The notes beneath the pieces are model-generated. The model had not been told where the DNA came from, searched no databases, and worked only from the letters and a program-made list of their open reading frames with translations. Below, in pieces: positions 1-11,323 of a stretch of 64,000 nt of DNA; the first letter of the stretch is position 1, and every line of letters begins with the position of its first letter. Source of the DNA: Strigamia acuminata (taxonomy: Eukaryota); contig OX442314.1 in the NCBI GenBank assembly GCA_949358305.1, positions 17,980,001 through 18,044,000 on the forward strand, read 5' to 3'. The translations under genes and the position numbers were made by a program.

Positions 1-2
1 AG

Positions 3-1046
3 GGTTTCAAACGTTGTTTTTCCGACGCGTGTGTTTATTGGATTCAAATAGGAAACGAACGCGGAATTATCGGGGTTTACGTCGACGACATGGTGATAGC
101 CGGACAATCAGAAAACATGTGTCGAGAAATCAAAAAGAGACTGCGTAAATGTTTTGAAATCAAAGAACTTGGAACTCTGAAGTACATGTTAGGAATCGAA
201 TTTGGACGGGATAAAAACGGAAACATGTTTTTAACGCAAGAAAAATATGTTGAGAAAATCCTGAAGAGATTCAACATGACTGATTCAAAACCAATGGCGA
301 CACCAATAGTGAAATGTACTGACAACAATAAGAAAGAGCCAGAAGAATTTGAAGATCTGACGGTCGAGCCTTATAGAGAGGTAATTGGCTGCTTATCTTA
401 CTTGGCCAACAGTACGAGACCGGACATTTCACACGCTGTAAATGTGTTAGCACAATTTAACAGCAAACCAAAAACCAATCACTGGCAAATGGCCAAACGC
501 ATTCTACGATATCTGTCGGGAACCAAGAAACACGGATTGGTTTACAATGAGAATAAAGGATTTTTGACTGCATTCGCAGACGCAGATTGGGCGAATTGCA
601 AGATTAACCGAAGATCTTACAGCGGAACTTTGCTGAAACTAGCCGAGAATTTAGTAATATGGCAGAGCAGCAAGCAGAAGGTCGTAGCCACCAGCAGCAT
701 GGAAGCCGAGTACATCTCGATGTGCAATTGTTCGAAAGACATTGTATGGATGCGACGACTGATCGAAGAGTTGGATTTGTCAACGTTGATCGGAGGACCA
801 ACAATCATGAGATGCGACAACCAACCAGCTAAAGTTTTTGCACAAAGCAATGTGGAGAACCGGAGATCAAAACATATTGATGTCCGGTACCACTACATCA
901 GAGAACAGATAAAGGCGAAACGAGTCAAATTGGAATTTGTTCCAACCGAGAACAATGAAGCTGATTTATTGACAAAGCCTTTAGATAAAGTGAAATTAAG
1001 TAATTTCAGAGAATTATTAGGTGTGAAACCAATTATCAGGGCATAA
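3..1046 (+). CDS. pol: Ty1/copia retrotransposon Pol, 3' part (reverse transcriptase C-terminus + RNase H); 5'-truncated by the window edge
   Basis: The frame is open from position 3 (GFKRCFSDACVY...GVYVDDM) and contains the RT catalytic YVDD at 78-89. It also carries the copia motifs YREVIGCLSYL, TRPDISHAV, ADADWA, SSMEAEY, CDNQ, RSKHIDVRYH and ADLLTK. There are no stops or frameshifts before the TAA at 1044-1046. Confidence 0.96.
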   Translation, partial: GFKRCFSDACVYWIQIGNERGIIGVYVDDMVIAGQSENMCREIKKRLRKCFEIKELGTLKYMLGIEFGRDKNGNMFLTQEKYVEKILKRFNMTDSKPMATPIVKCTDNNKKEPEEFEDLTVEPYREVIGCLSYLANSTRPDISHAVNVLAQFNSKPKTNHWQMAKRILRYLSGTKKHGLVYNENKGFLTAFADADWANCKINRRSYSGTLLKLAENLVIWQSSKQKVVATSSMEAEYISMCNCSKDIVWMRRLIEELDLSTLIGGPTIMRCDNQPAKVFAQSNVENRRSKHIDVRYHYIREQIKAKRVKLEFVPTENNEADLLTKPLDKVKLSNFRELLGVKPIIRA

Positions 1047-1065
1047 TGGGTTTCAGGGGAAGTAA

Positions 1066-1272
1066 TGTTAAGTTATGTTAATGTGATGTTGAGTTCATTG
1101 TTAAGAACGTGTTACTGCTATATCATACTGTTACATTGTTGTAAAAGCGTTACCATGACAATTTTGTATTACTCCTCACTTGCTTGTATTTTACCCACGA
1201 GTAAAGACGTGTGTTTTGTTTTCCACTTTAAAAAACCTCTCCTTTATTTCAACGTGATGCCCCAGCATAACA
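1066..1272 (+). repeat. Putative 3' LTR of the copia element (207 bp)
   Basis: Starts with TGTTA just after the PPT and ends with TAACA, a 5-bp terminal inverted repeat. The 5' LTR is outside the window, so identity between LTRs cannot be checked. Confidence 0.7.
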
Positions 1273-1417
1273 AAAACATTATTTTCCCTCCATTTCAGTT
1301 CAATCATAATTTTTCATTATTAGTAAATTATTATTTTTTCCTTTTTGTTACCACCACAAAGCAATAAAAGTTTTATTAACCTTTTCAAATCTGCCATCTG
1401 TATACATATTTATACGA

Positions 1418-1419
<2 letters not shown>

Positions 1420-1460
<41 letters not shown>
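1420..1460. repeat. Poly(A) homopolymer (~41 nt)
   Basis: Directly visible. Confidence 0.95.
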
Positions 1461-1468
<8 letters not shown>

Positions 1469-4400
1469 AATAAAAAATTCAATTTGACCACAACATAATC
1501 TTGTTTAATATTCATAAAAATTTAATTGAAAAAGACCTTGGAAAAGAAATAAAAAGCAGAAGAGATTTTTTTCTTCCCAAACCTCTTTGCACAGCCATTG
1601 CCATCTGTTAGCAAAACTTGAAAAGATTGTATTTCAAATTAGGTTAGCAGCTAATTCGACTTGGGAATTGCGCTAGAAAACTCAATTTCCTCACGTTTTT
1701 ACTCCTCTTTTTCCCCCAAACTATAAATCTTTCGTTTGGCATTCCGACTCCCCCAGTTTGTTTAATGTTTCAGTTGGTAATTTACAGGAACATCAAGTTT
1801 TCCATTCTTGTCTGACACTCTTTCTTAATTGCGATAGGACCGTAAGTTGGGACAATTATGTCCCTGTCCGTGTTTCCTGTGGGTGTGGAAACGCATCTCC
1901 CCGCCATGATTCACACACACCCTATCGAGGGAATTATTGTTTGAAAAATTACTCTTGTCGCTGAGCAAAATTACTCAAATTTTAATTTTTTCTTTCCTCT
2001 CATCGTGTAATGGCCATCTGGTATTTCCTGTCACTATACAGTGCTAGAACATCACTTAAATAAAAATAAAAATAGGCAATTTCCACCCAGGAAATGATTC
2101 CCTCAAAGTCCCAAGTGAAAATAATTAAATTAAAAAATTAAAAGAAAAAAAACACAAATAAAATATTGAAACAAGAAAGGAAAAATACGTCACAATTATC
2201 CCATTGAAGCGGCAAAAGTTGAAAAAGTCATCCATTGACGATAATTAGAGAAAAATTAGACACGCTTAAAATAAAATTCAAAAAAAAAAATTAAATAAAT
2301 AATTCTTTTGTTCATTTCTAAGTATGTCATGTCAATTAAGTGCTCCAATAATTACTACTGTTTTTTCCCTTCTTCTTTTATATAGTTAACAAACTCAAAT
2401 TGACGACCATCCTTCATCCAGATCGTCTTACCCGATTGTACACTTTGGAGTTGAGAGGAAATAAACTGAAAACAACCTTAGGATTCAATTTGCCTAACCT
2501 CAAATGTCTTTATTTGGTAGAAATTTAACTTAAGATTCGTTCAACGTTTAGGCTTTTTAAGAAAGTGCAGACAACTAACGACAAAAACCGTTGACCTTTG
2601 AATCTAGAAATCTGAATTTGATTTATTTGTTTGTTTTTTGTGTGTGATATACTTGTTTTGCAGCCACGAAAAGCGGGTGCTTGGCCCACTATTTTAATTT
2701 GTATGGCCATTGAATCACTTTCCAACCTATTTCAACCATTAGTTAGTTTTCATGGCATGTCGACTTATTTTATCGACTCGATCTAATTCATAAACCAAGC
2801 CAGATGTCGTTTTGCATTCGATTTTTGCACACTTGTTTGCGTTAATACGAAACCTATAACCTCCGCATGTATTGTTTTGTGGAGAAAAAGGGAAAAAGCA
2901 GAAAAAAAATCTAGAAAAAAAAAATTAATTTTAAATTTTACTCAATCTATAAATCTTCGTTTCAAATCAAATTTATAAACTCGAAATGTGGACTCGAAAT
3001 GTGGACGGATTTAGCAGTAAGCTGACCAAGTTAACGTATCTAAATCTTACCCTTTCCCAGCACAATAAATTGTAGCAAACCTCTTTTTTCTCTCTTTCTT
3101 TCCTTTTAAATCTCCATAACTACTTCCTCCCATTTCCACCACATTTGTCAATAAAGGGTCTGTCGCGATTCTATAGTGTTGGTATTATAAAAGAAAAAAG
3201 AAAAGGGTTGGTGGAAACGCAGGAAAAAACGGCAAGACATTGAAAATAGATGGCCACGAAGGATTGGTTCCCTAGGAGAGATCAAGTCCGGACCAAAGGA
3301 TTAATCCCCTCACTCAGTATGGGAAAGAGAGAAAAGAGAAAGTCTTGCAAAAGAGAGCCGCGTCCAACCAAAAGGATGCCGGTGTCAAAGAATCGTCGGC
3401 GGCGGTGGCGGCGGCTGCCATAGAAACGGTTGCCAAGAGCGACCAATCTTTACTTGGCGTCCCGAATTAATCGCTCAGTTGATTTCTGTGTGTTTGCTTT
3501 TTTGCGTCCTAGCCCACCATGTAGCGGCCCAAATCCCTCTCGTTCAACCCCACCCTGACCACCCTATTCCCCCATCATGCTCTCCTTCAGTATGCGCATA
3601 GTGCGCGCAGTGTATGTAGTAGACCGTGTCAATTACAGTGTAAACATATGGGCGGCTAGACATAGGCCTAGCTATTCAAACTGGGTGGCTAAAACCCCTG
3701 TTGCCACTTCCCTTTCACCTTCCTCAAACTGGACGACTTAACCCTTTATTTCCCAGAGTTGTGCACTGGAACCCGCACCATTTTTTCTCCCATTCCACCT
3801 TGTTATTCATTCACTCGGACTAAGTCGTTACGTGTTGTTTTATAATTGAAAAATTAACGACTTTTTTCCCCGAAAACCAGTTCTCCTTGGGACCCCCGCA
3901 CTTTTAACGAAATTTCAAATGCTTCGTTTGTCTTTTACTAGAAATATTCGTGGGAGGTCTCTAACATCGACCCGAACCAATCTTCATTACCACAGCACGC
4001 TTTTAATTAAATGAGTTGATCGGCTGGCTTAAAAATCCCCACCATGATAATCCATCACGAGCGCGTCTTACACGTTGGAATCCAAATAAATAGTTAGCAA
4101 CTGCGCTCTGACAAGTCGACGCTTCCATCAACGACTGTCTTTACAACACGCATTTGTCTCTTTCCCCCATCATTCCTGCTGAGAAGACGATCAAACTCAT
4201 TTTTTATCTCTTAATGAATCTCACCCGCGTTTCCCCTTTAGCCTTTTCCCAAACTCATTTAACCTCCGAACCAACTCGCTTCCTTTTAAAACATCTCTTA
4301 ACTTTAAACTAATATTTCCACCAATACTACCGTCATTTAAAATCGCATAGACAGTTTCATCAGATTGAATACTCCTATTGGACTTATCTCGCTGCTATAT

Positions 4401-4879
4401 CAGCCACAGTCATAAATCCACTTGACTTTACAAACATTTCTTTTTTTCTTTCCAAACCCCAAACCATTACAAATAAACAATCTAATTACCTTTATTGCAC
4501 GTTTTACACGTTGCTATTACTGTATACGACGTGCACGTACATTTTGCCCAAAGACCCCGTATGGTTTTTCTTAGAATTTTTTTTTGGTAAAGTGCGCGCA
4601 TCTCACCAGTGTTGCCTCGTTTAACTCTTTGAGCTCGGCGTGTTCGCTGGCCCGGGATGAAGGAAGTAAAAGGGTTTGGCTGTCATCTTGTGAAAAGTAG
4701 GTTCTTGATTAATAGAGGGAGGGGAACAACAACAACGTCGCCGCGTGGAATATATATATATTTTTTTTCTTTATCGAGCGCCTGATTTCAACCCTTTGGT
4801 GCCCAAACTGCCCAAACGTGCAACACGGAGGGGAATAAAAGGGGTTGAATGCGGAATGTGGAAACACGGGAAAAAGGGG

Positions 4880-4914
4880 AGCAAGCAAGCGAGCGAGCAA
4901 GCAAGCAAGCAAGC
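4880..4914. repeat. (GCAA/GCGA)n microsatellite
   Basis: gcaagcaagcgagcgagcaagcaagcaagcaagca. Confidence 0.85.
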
Positions 4915-7226
4915 ACACACACGATTAATAATCGTCTATTCGTATCAAAGTAACCAAGAAAAACTGGCTTTTTCGGTAAACGGGGAGACTCTCGACTTAA
5001 CTGAGTGCTGAAAGGGTTGTGTAAGGGTGAAAGGGAAAGGAGGAGGGGAAGTATGAACGCACGCAAATGCTTGCGAACGCCGACGGCCAAGTGATTAATT
5101 TCAAAGGATAGGTCACCCTGCAATTTGAAAAGGTTTCAACCCTTTCTCCTCATTTATCCCTTTCGATGCGTGCAAAACATACAGGCTAATTCAAAGGGTT
5201 AGAAACTAGGGACCAACTGCAAATGCTCTTGCAAACACGCCGAGTTGGTTTCACTAATTAACTTTCTTTTCATACTTGAGTTTTGTAAATGCAGTGGCTC
5301 CCTCTTGGAACAAACATTCATAGTTTGACGCATCCACTCGTTGCAGGCGGAGACGGGAAATAGGCGGGGTCAGTTAGTCAAGGAGTGGCCGCTTGTGCTA
5401 CGTATTGTGCGAGGGCGTCGGTGAGAGAATGTGCAGGTGATGCAAATTTTATTTTTGCATTTTTAATACAAAAGAAAAATGAGCACTTCAACTCTTTGAT
5501 GCCTCTATGTGGTAGTGCCAGCGAGCAGCAGTAAAGAAAAATGACACCTGGGATCGCGCAGCTGCGGTGTCAAAGAGTTGAAGGTGTGGCTTCAAATTGT
5601 TGCTTAGTAATAAAAATGGGAAGAAAAAGAAAGATACAAAAAAATTTGATTAGGAAAAAAAACGAAAAATTTAGAATACCAATAACCATTAACATTTTTG
5701 CCATTTACTTTTTATTTTTTCCGAATAATAAATTATTTCGCTCGCGTAATTTTAATTTAATCTATTTTTTATTATTATTATTATTATTTAGGGATAACAA
5801 ACTTTTCGATTTCGACGAGATCATCAAACTCGAATGTCTTCCAGCACTCAAACATCTCGTTTTATTAGGTAAGAAAAAGCCAAAAGGAAAAGAGAAGGAA
5901 AAAAAAAGTTCACCGCCCTTCCAAAATTTAAGCTCATGTCGGAGGTAGGGTGGGGGGGGGGGGGGAGGGAGAAGGGGGTGCAAAAAAATCAATCAATCAG
6001 TCGCAATCTTCTTTCTTTACACCCGACACAGACAGGAGGGAAGTTGCAGAAAAAAATTACTACACCTGAACAAGATGGTAAGAGAAGAAAAAAAGGTGTT
6101 CTTCATTTACGAAAAATACCTTGTTTTTCTCAGTCGCGTCTCTCTTTCATTAATCACTTTTTTTCACTTTGTCTGTCCATCTCTTATCCTACTTGCTTAT
6201 AGTCATAAATCATAATTTTCACCCGACATTGGAAAACCTGTTCAGAGCACCCCCATCCCCCTTTTTAATTTTTTTTACTTGTTGGAATTCGGGCGCCACC
6301 TTTAGTCAACAATGCGCGCATAACGAAGCTTCAAGTACATTAAATTCGCCAATGAGAACATCATAATCCCCTAACTATTGATATATTGCTAATTTTTTTT
6401 TAAAGTAATATTTCTTTGATAACTAAACAATCATTTTTCGCATTTCAATAGTACAAAAGTCATGTTAGTAAAGGGTTATCTTTATATATATATATAAATA
6501 TGTGACGTTACTTCCTGTACAATAAAAATTGTAGCTCAACAATTTTCAATCTTAACCTTAATGCATTAAAAAACAGTTGTTGAAACCATTTACAAATTAA
6601 AAAATATATATTTCAGAGAACCAATTAGAGGACGAAAAAGAAGAAATGGCCATTGATGTCCTTATACACATTCCTGGTTTGGCCCGGGTCGATAAAGTAC
6701 CCGTAACTCATGTGGAGCACCACGCAGCTAACTAGTAAGAAGAAATGGAAGTGTGTGATTGCTGAGGGCTGAGGCTGACTTGTGAGAGAAAACAAAATGA
6801 TGATAAGGGCGACAATGGAAATACTTGCATAATTGAATGGAAAGAAACAGTGCCACTAATTAACAATTAACTTTCACCTTTTATAAAGAAGTAAATAATA
6901 AGTGTTGTCATTGCTGAAAATTTGATTTGATCATCGGACCGGAACTGCATTTCTGCAATATTCATCAAGCACCAATTCAAAAATAAAAATTACTTCAACT
7001 AATGGGATAATTTTCACTTCTTAAAATCAGAAAATAGCATTCAAAAAAATATAAATGCACACGTTAAAGAAGCTAGTCAGTCCTCTCTAAGTTATTTTGT
7101 TATTGCCAGAGTCGTAAACACCACAATTGATTAACCAAAAGTATATCTGCTTAGCCGTGTTATTTTGATCAAGTTTTTATAAGATTGCAGAAACAACAAG
7201 CAATGAATACTAATTAGATAACCACT

Positions 7227-7412
7227 AGGCGCATTCAAAAGCAATTTAGACTAAACAGCATTTTAAACAAGATATTTAAACGGCTTGTCTCAATCTAACT
7301 TCAAAAATGGTAGCCAATTTAGCCTGTTTTTAGTCGCTGTAGGCATGCGCACGGCATTTAAACAACAAAACATGTTTACCTGCAAGTTAAACATGACTTT
7401 ATGAATGCGCCT
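7227..7412. mobile_element. MITE with AGGCGCATTC...GAATGCGCCT termini (PIF/Harbinger-like family, copy A)
   Basis: Terminal inverted repeats are visible. The interior (ttaaacagcatttt...atctaacttcaaaaatgg...gcatgcgcac...catttaaac...atgacttt) is shared with the copy at 18790-18962. The superfamily assignment is inferred. Confidence 0.75.
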
Positions 7413-7838
7413 ACGTTTGAATTTAAAACAAACCTTTTGTTCTGTCTTAGAGACCTAGATGGCAGCACAATCTTACATTCAGTTTTGGCTTGAAGTATCA
7501 CCATTTTCCAATAGATGGCAGCACCGATAAATGGCACCATGTCAACTGTATCAACCTGTTGCAAAAATAAGAACACCAATACAGTATATATTTAAAACAC
7601 TTAGAATTTATTAAAAATGAAATAACACACAAGAAATCAGCTTTATCAATTAAGCTATTTTACCAAAAGGAGCTGATAATCCAATAAATCCTCACATACT
7701 CGTGTCTGATTTTGCAGTTCAATAAATTTTGGGAAATCAAATTTGGCAGATTGGTCAATATCAAAATAATTCGTCTGCCAGCTTTCATAAATTTTCTTTT
7801 TAAAAACTGATCATCCGATAAAGGGAGCGGGCTTACTA

Positions 7839-8041
7839 CACGTAGAACCTCGCTATTGCAAACACCGTTATAACAATTTTTTTTTTGTTTGGTTGTCCGC
7901 CCTATTTCTCCCATGTTAAATCATTTCTGCAAAACGAACTACTTGTAATTCGTTTTCACGACATTCTCGTTGTTAAAAACTATCGTTATTACGAACAAAT
8001 TTTGGTTCCCCGACGTGTTCGCAACAACGAGGTTAGACCTG
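7839..8041. mobile_element. Degenerate pogo/Tigger-like MITE
   Basis: TA|CACGTAGAACCTCG ... CGAGGTTAGACCTG|TA imperfect TIRs, flanked by TA. Internal ttataac/cgttatta subterminal motifs are present. Confidence 0.55.
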
Positions 8042-9644
8042 TATTACTAATATGTTTTATTTGCTTCGACATTTGATTCGATTTGCTGATTTATAAATCT
8101 ACACATGATTTTGGTGTCAGTCCCTCAATTTAACTCTCAAAGGTGCATGGCTAATATTGCCATTTGGATACTTGTTTGCAAAACTTGTCTGAAAGACACC
8201 GGAAAGCAATGCGAAATTTTTTTTCTCCAAAATCCTCATTTTGTTGCGAGTACGAGTTTTACTGTTGTCAGAATTATTTCTAAAATGGTCAGCTTGCTCC
8301 ATCTGCTGGTGAAATTTTAAAGAATTTTGTAGCCTTTACACGTAAAGATGCCGAAATGTGCAGACAAGCCAGCTGACAGTTGGGCTGGAATCCAGGGGCA
8401 ACAATTTAAATGCAAAATAAACTAAAAATTAATAAGCCAATCAAAATTACATATTTTTATTTTTAAATTTTTAAACAAACAACTTTTTTTTACTAATTTA
8501 CTAATAAAATCTTTTTTGTCTTGACTCCAAATTGACATTAATTCCGTCCCATCTTTATTTTGTACATTTATATTCTTTTTACATCACAAAAATCTACGTT
8601 TATTGATATAAGCATACGGTACACCACATGCCATCAACCCCAACACCACGGTCCCCCCCATTTCGCACTTTTACCACTTCCTGCTGACTACCTAGCCCAT
8701 AAAACGCAAAAACCTTTTAATTTTACCGTTAGAGGCGCATCAATATTGAGTACATATTCTTTAATCTGAAAAATTGTAAACTTCATCACATAAAAAGCCT
8801 CAGCCATCGTGCTCAGTTTTATATAAATATTTAGTATAGTGTGTCACCGGCATGATATTTAGCAATGTAAATAATGCACGTTGGTGCGTACACGCATCGC
8901 ATTAATTTTCTCATACTTCTCGTTTTCGACGAATCTATTAATCATTAGATTCATATCTCAATCTTACCCCTCCTCCTTTTAATTATTCACACAATAGTTT
9001 TAACCACCTGATCATCTGATGAGAAATTTCCTTTAACATTCCAGGCCCAAAAAAAAACACTTTCAACCTGGATGTCAACTCTTAAACACCTTTGGTTAAG
9101 ACTACACATAGTCCTAGATCACAAAAACCCACTTGTTGGTCGCCAGTCTTTCTTTCTAGAACCTGATGACAGCATTAGATACTTTTACCAAACAGAGTTC
9201 TATTCTTTAAGCCAATGTAGACTTTACCACTCATAACATTGAATGATGCTTGACCACCAAATTAAAACTGTCCAAATACAAAATTAAACTATTTACATAA
9301 GTTCGTGGATAAATGAAGTACAACCGATTGTCAGTTTGTCCGCAAAGAAGCTTAAAGAACCATCGAGATTAAATGATATCAGCATTTGCGTGGTCTATTT
9401 CTTTTAATACTGTGGTTAAGGTAAGACAGTTGATCATATTTCCCAGTAAAGAGACCAGGTCAATACTGGTGTCATTGGATCTTAACAGTTTTATGTCACC
9501 TGCCTGGCAAAAAGTTAAACTGAAGGGAGGTTTTTTTTGTCTACGTGAAGCAATTGGCAAAGCTCATTGGCAATTTGCAAAATGACTGTCTATTGACTAA
9601 GAAAAATGTTATAGTTCAAATTGGTGGGAAGTGTCAACTATCTA

Positions 9645-9897
9645 CCGTATTTTATCGATTAAGAGTCGCCCTCGAATTGTAGCTGCGGCTGAGACACCCA
9701 GAATACCATATTTTTGCAAAAGTACGGTATTGTTTCTGTATTTAACCTCACAAACGATGAATGTATGTTTCGTTCATGACGTTCAGACTTCGTTTGTTAC
9801 ATTAAACAAATGTAACAAACGAAAAACCGAAGTTGTAATTGCTGACAAAAATGGCAGTTTTGAATAAGAGCCGCGGCTCTTAATCGATAAAATACGG
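9645..9897. mobile_element. Tc1/mariner-superfamily (Tc2/pogo-like) MITE, copy 1
   Basis: TIR CCGTATTTTATCGATTAAGAG / CTCTTAATCGATAAAATACGG, with TA on the left. A closely similar inverted copy lies at 56186-56446. Confidence 0.85.
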
Positions 9898-10381
9898 TGT
9901 ATATAATTAGAAATTTCCGCTTATTAGCGTTTCAATTCATTCTGCTGGGTTAGGTTAGGTTAAGAAACCATACTACTTTTTTTGGCAGTAGACGTTACCA
10001 TATGCTAATGCGACTCTACAAAAATGTCGTGCAAGTCTGACCTCAAGCAAAAGACATCACATTTGGACATTTAATTCAAAGTGAAAAAACTTGAACATGG
10101 CTACTGTTTTAATACATATGAAGTCTTATTTTTATAAAATAATAAAAAAAAACGATTTTTTTTATGCCTCTTCTTAAATGACAACCAATGGATGACAATA
10201 TGCCTGCTATAAATACATACCAACAACTTCTCCTCAAGTGACTTTTTTTCATAAAATCGTTGTTATTAATTTTATTCCTTACAAAGAACTTTCAGTAGAT
10301 TTTCAATTAGTTAGATCAATAATCATTGACCAGATTGAGACTGTAAAAGACAAACAGCAGGGATCTTGAAGAACCAAGACA

Positions 10382-10437
10382 GAATTGAACCGTAAATAAA
10401 CCCTGATGGCAATCAGGGTTTATTTACGGTTCAATTC
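10382..10437. repeat. Perfect 26-bp inverted repeat with 4-nt loop
   Basis: GAATTGAACCGTAAATAAACCCTGAT-ggca-ATCAGGGTTTATTTACGGTTCAATTC. Confidence 0.95.
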
Positions 10438-11323
10438 GGTAGCCATAACACGAAAAGCCGTATAAAACTTAACAATTGTTCTGAGCACAGTTTCTCCAAG
10501 TTTCTGCGTTTGTCTACTTTTTTTGTTGCATGACATAATTATTCGTTTGACCGCCGATGATGAAGGCCTATGGTTTTGATTTATTGCTAGTAGTTTAGAG
10601 CGCCAATTACGTAATTAAAATTACTTTATTATTGCTTAATCTTCTTCTAAATGAAAACATCAAACAGAAATTACATTTCACCTTCCTATTGTTGTCCTTG
10701 ATGGCTCAGTGTGCAACCAGCTGGTATCTTCAAATGCCTTGAGCAGCCAGACTATTACAATTTGGTTTTGTCTCAGTTGGATGCAATTTAGAAAAAACAT
10801 ATATTTACTGCAGTACAAATGAGTCATCATATACTTTATTACTCTAAATTACTAACATCACTCAATTACAACTCTAAGAAAATAAAACTGCGTCTACTGA
10901 AGAAGAATACAATTACTTATAGTGGAAGTATACATTTTTAAGCCCTTTATTTCTTTCACAAAACAAGAACACAAAGAAACAAACATCTTCCACCATGTTT
11001 AAAACCGGAAGCTCTGTTTTTGGTCCGCATCCATAAAGTAATCTATGGATCGAAAGATTCAATCTAAATATAATACTGTTGACCTGCTCTCATTGATTTG
11101 ATAGTGTAATGTGTATTATGTATATGCAATAAACAAAAACCCACACCACACGAAAATAAATAAGAAAACCACACGATATCAAACAAAAGTATACAGTGGA
11201 TATAATAATTTCATTTCAAAATAGACAAATATATTCAAGTTACGAATTATACTGAAATTCTTTTAATACTGAACATGTGTTTCAATGAAATGGAAGTACT
11301 TTTGACAGGAAGAATAACAAACT

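Larger units (their letters stand above)
1..1272 (+). mobile_element. Ty1/copia LTR retrotransposon, 3' end
   Basis: The pol ORF is followed directly by a polypurine tract (AGGGGAAG, ~1055-1062) and a TG...CA bounded segment. Confidence 0.92.

Noticed and set aside
1363..1460. AATAAA plus poly(A) as the tail of a retrocopy or LINE
   Set aside because: No recognisable TSD or upstream retroposed body; treated as a simple homopolymer.
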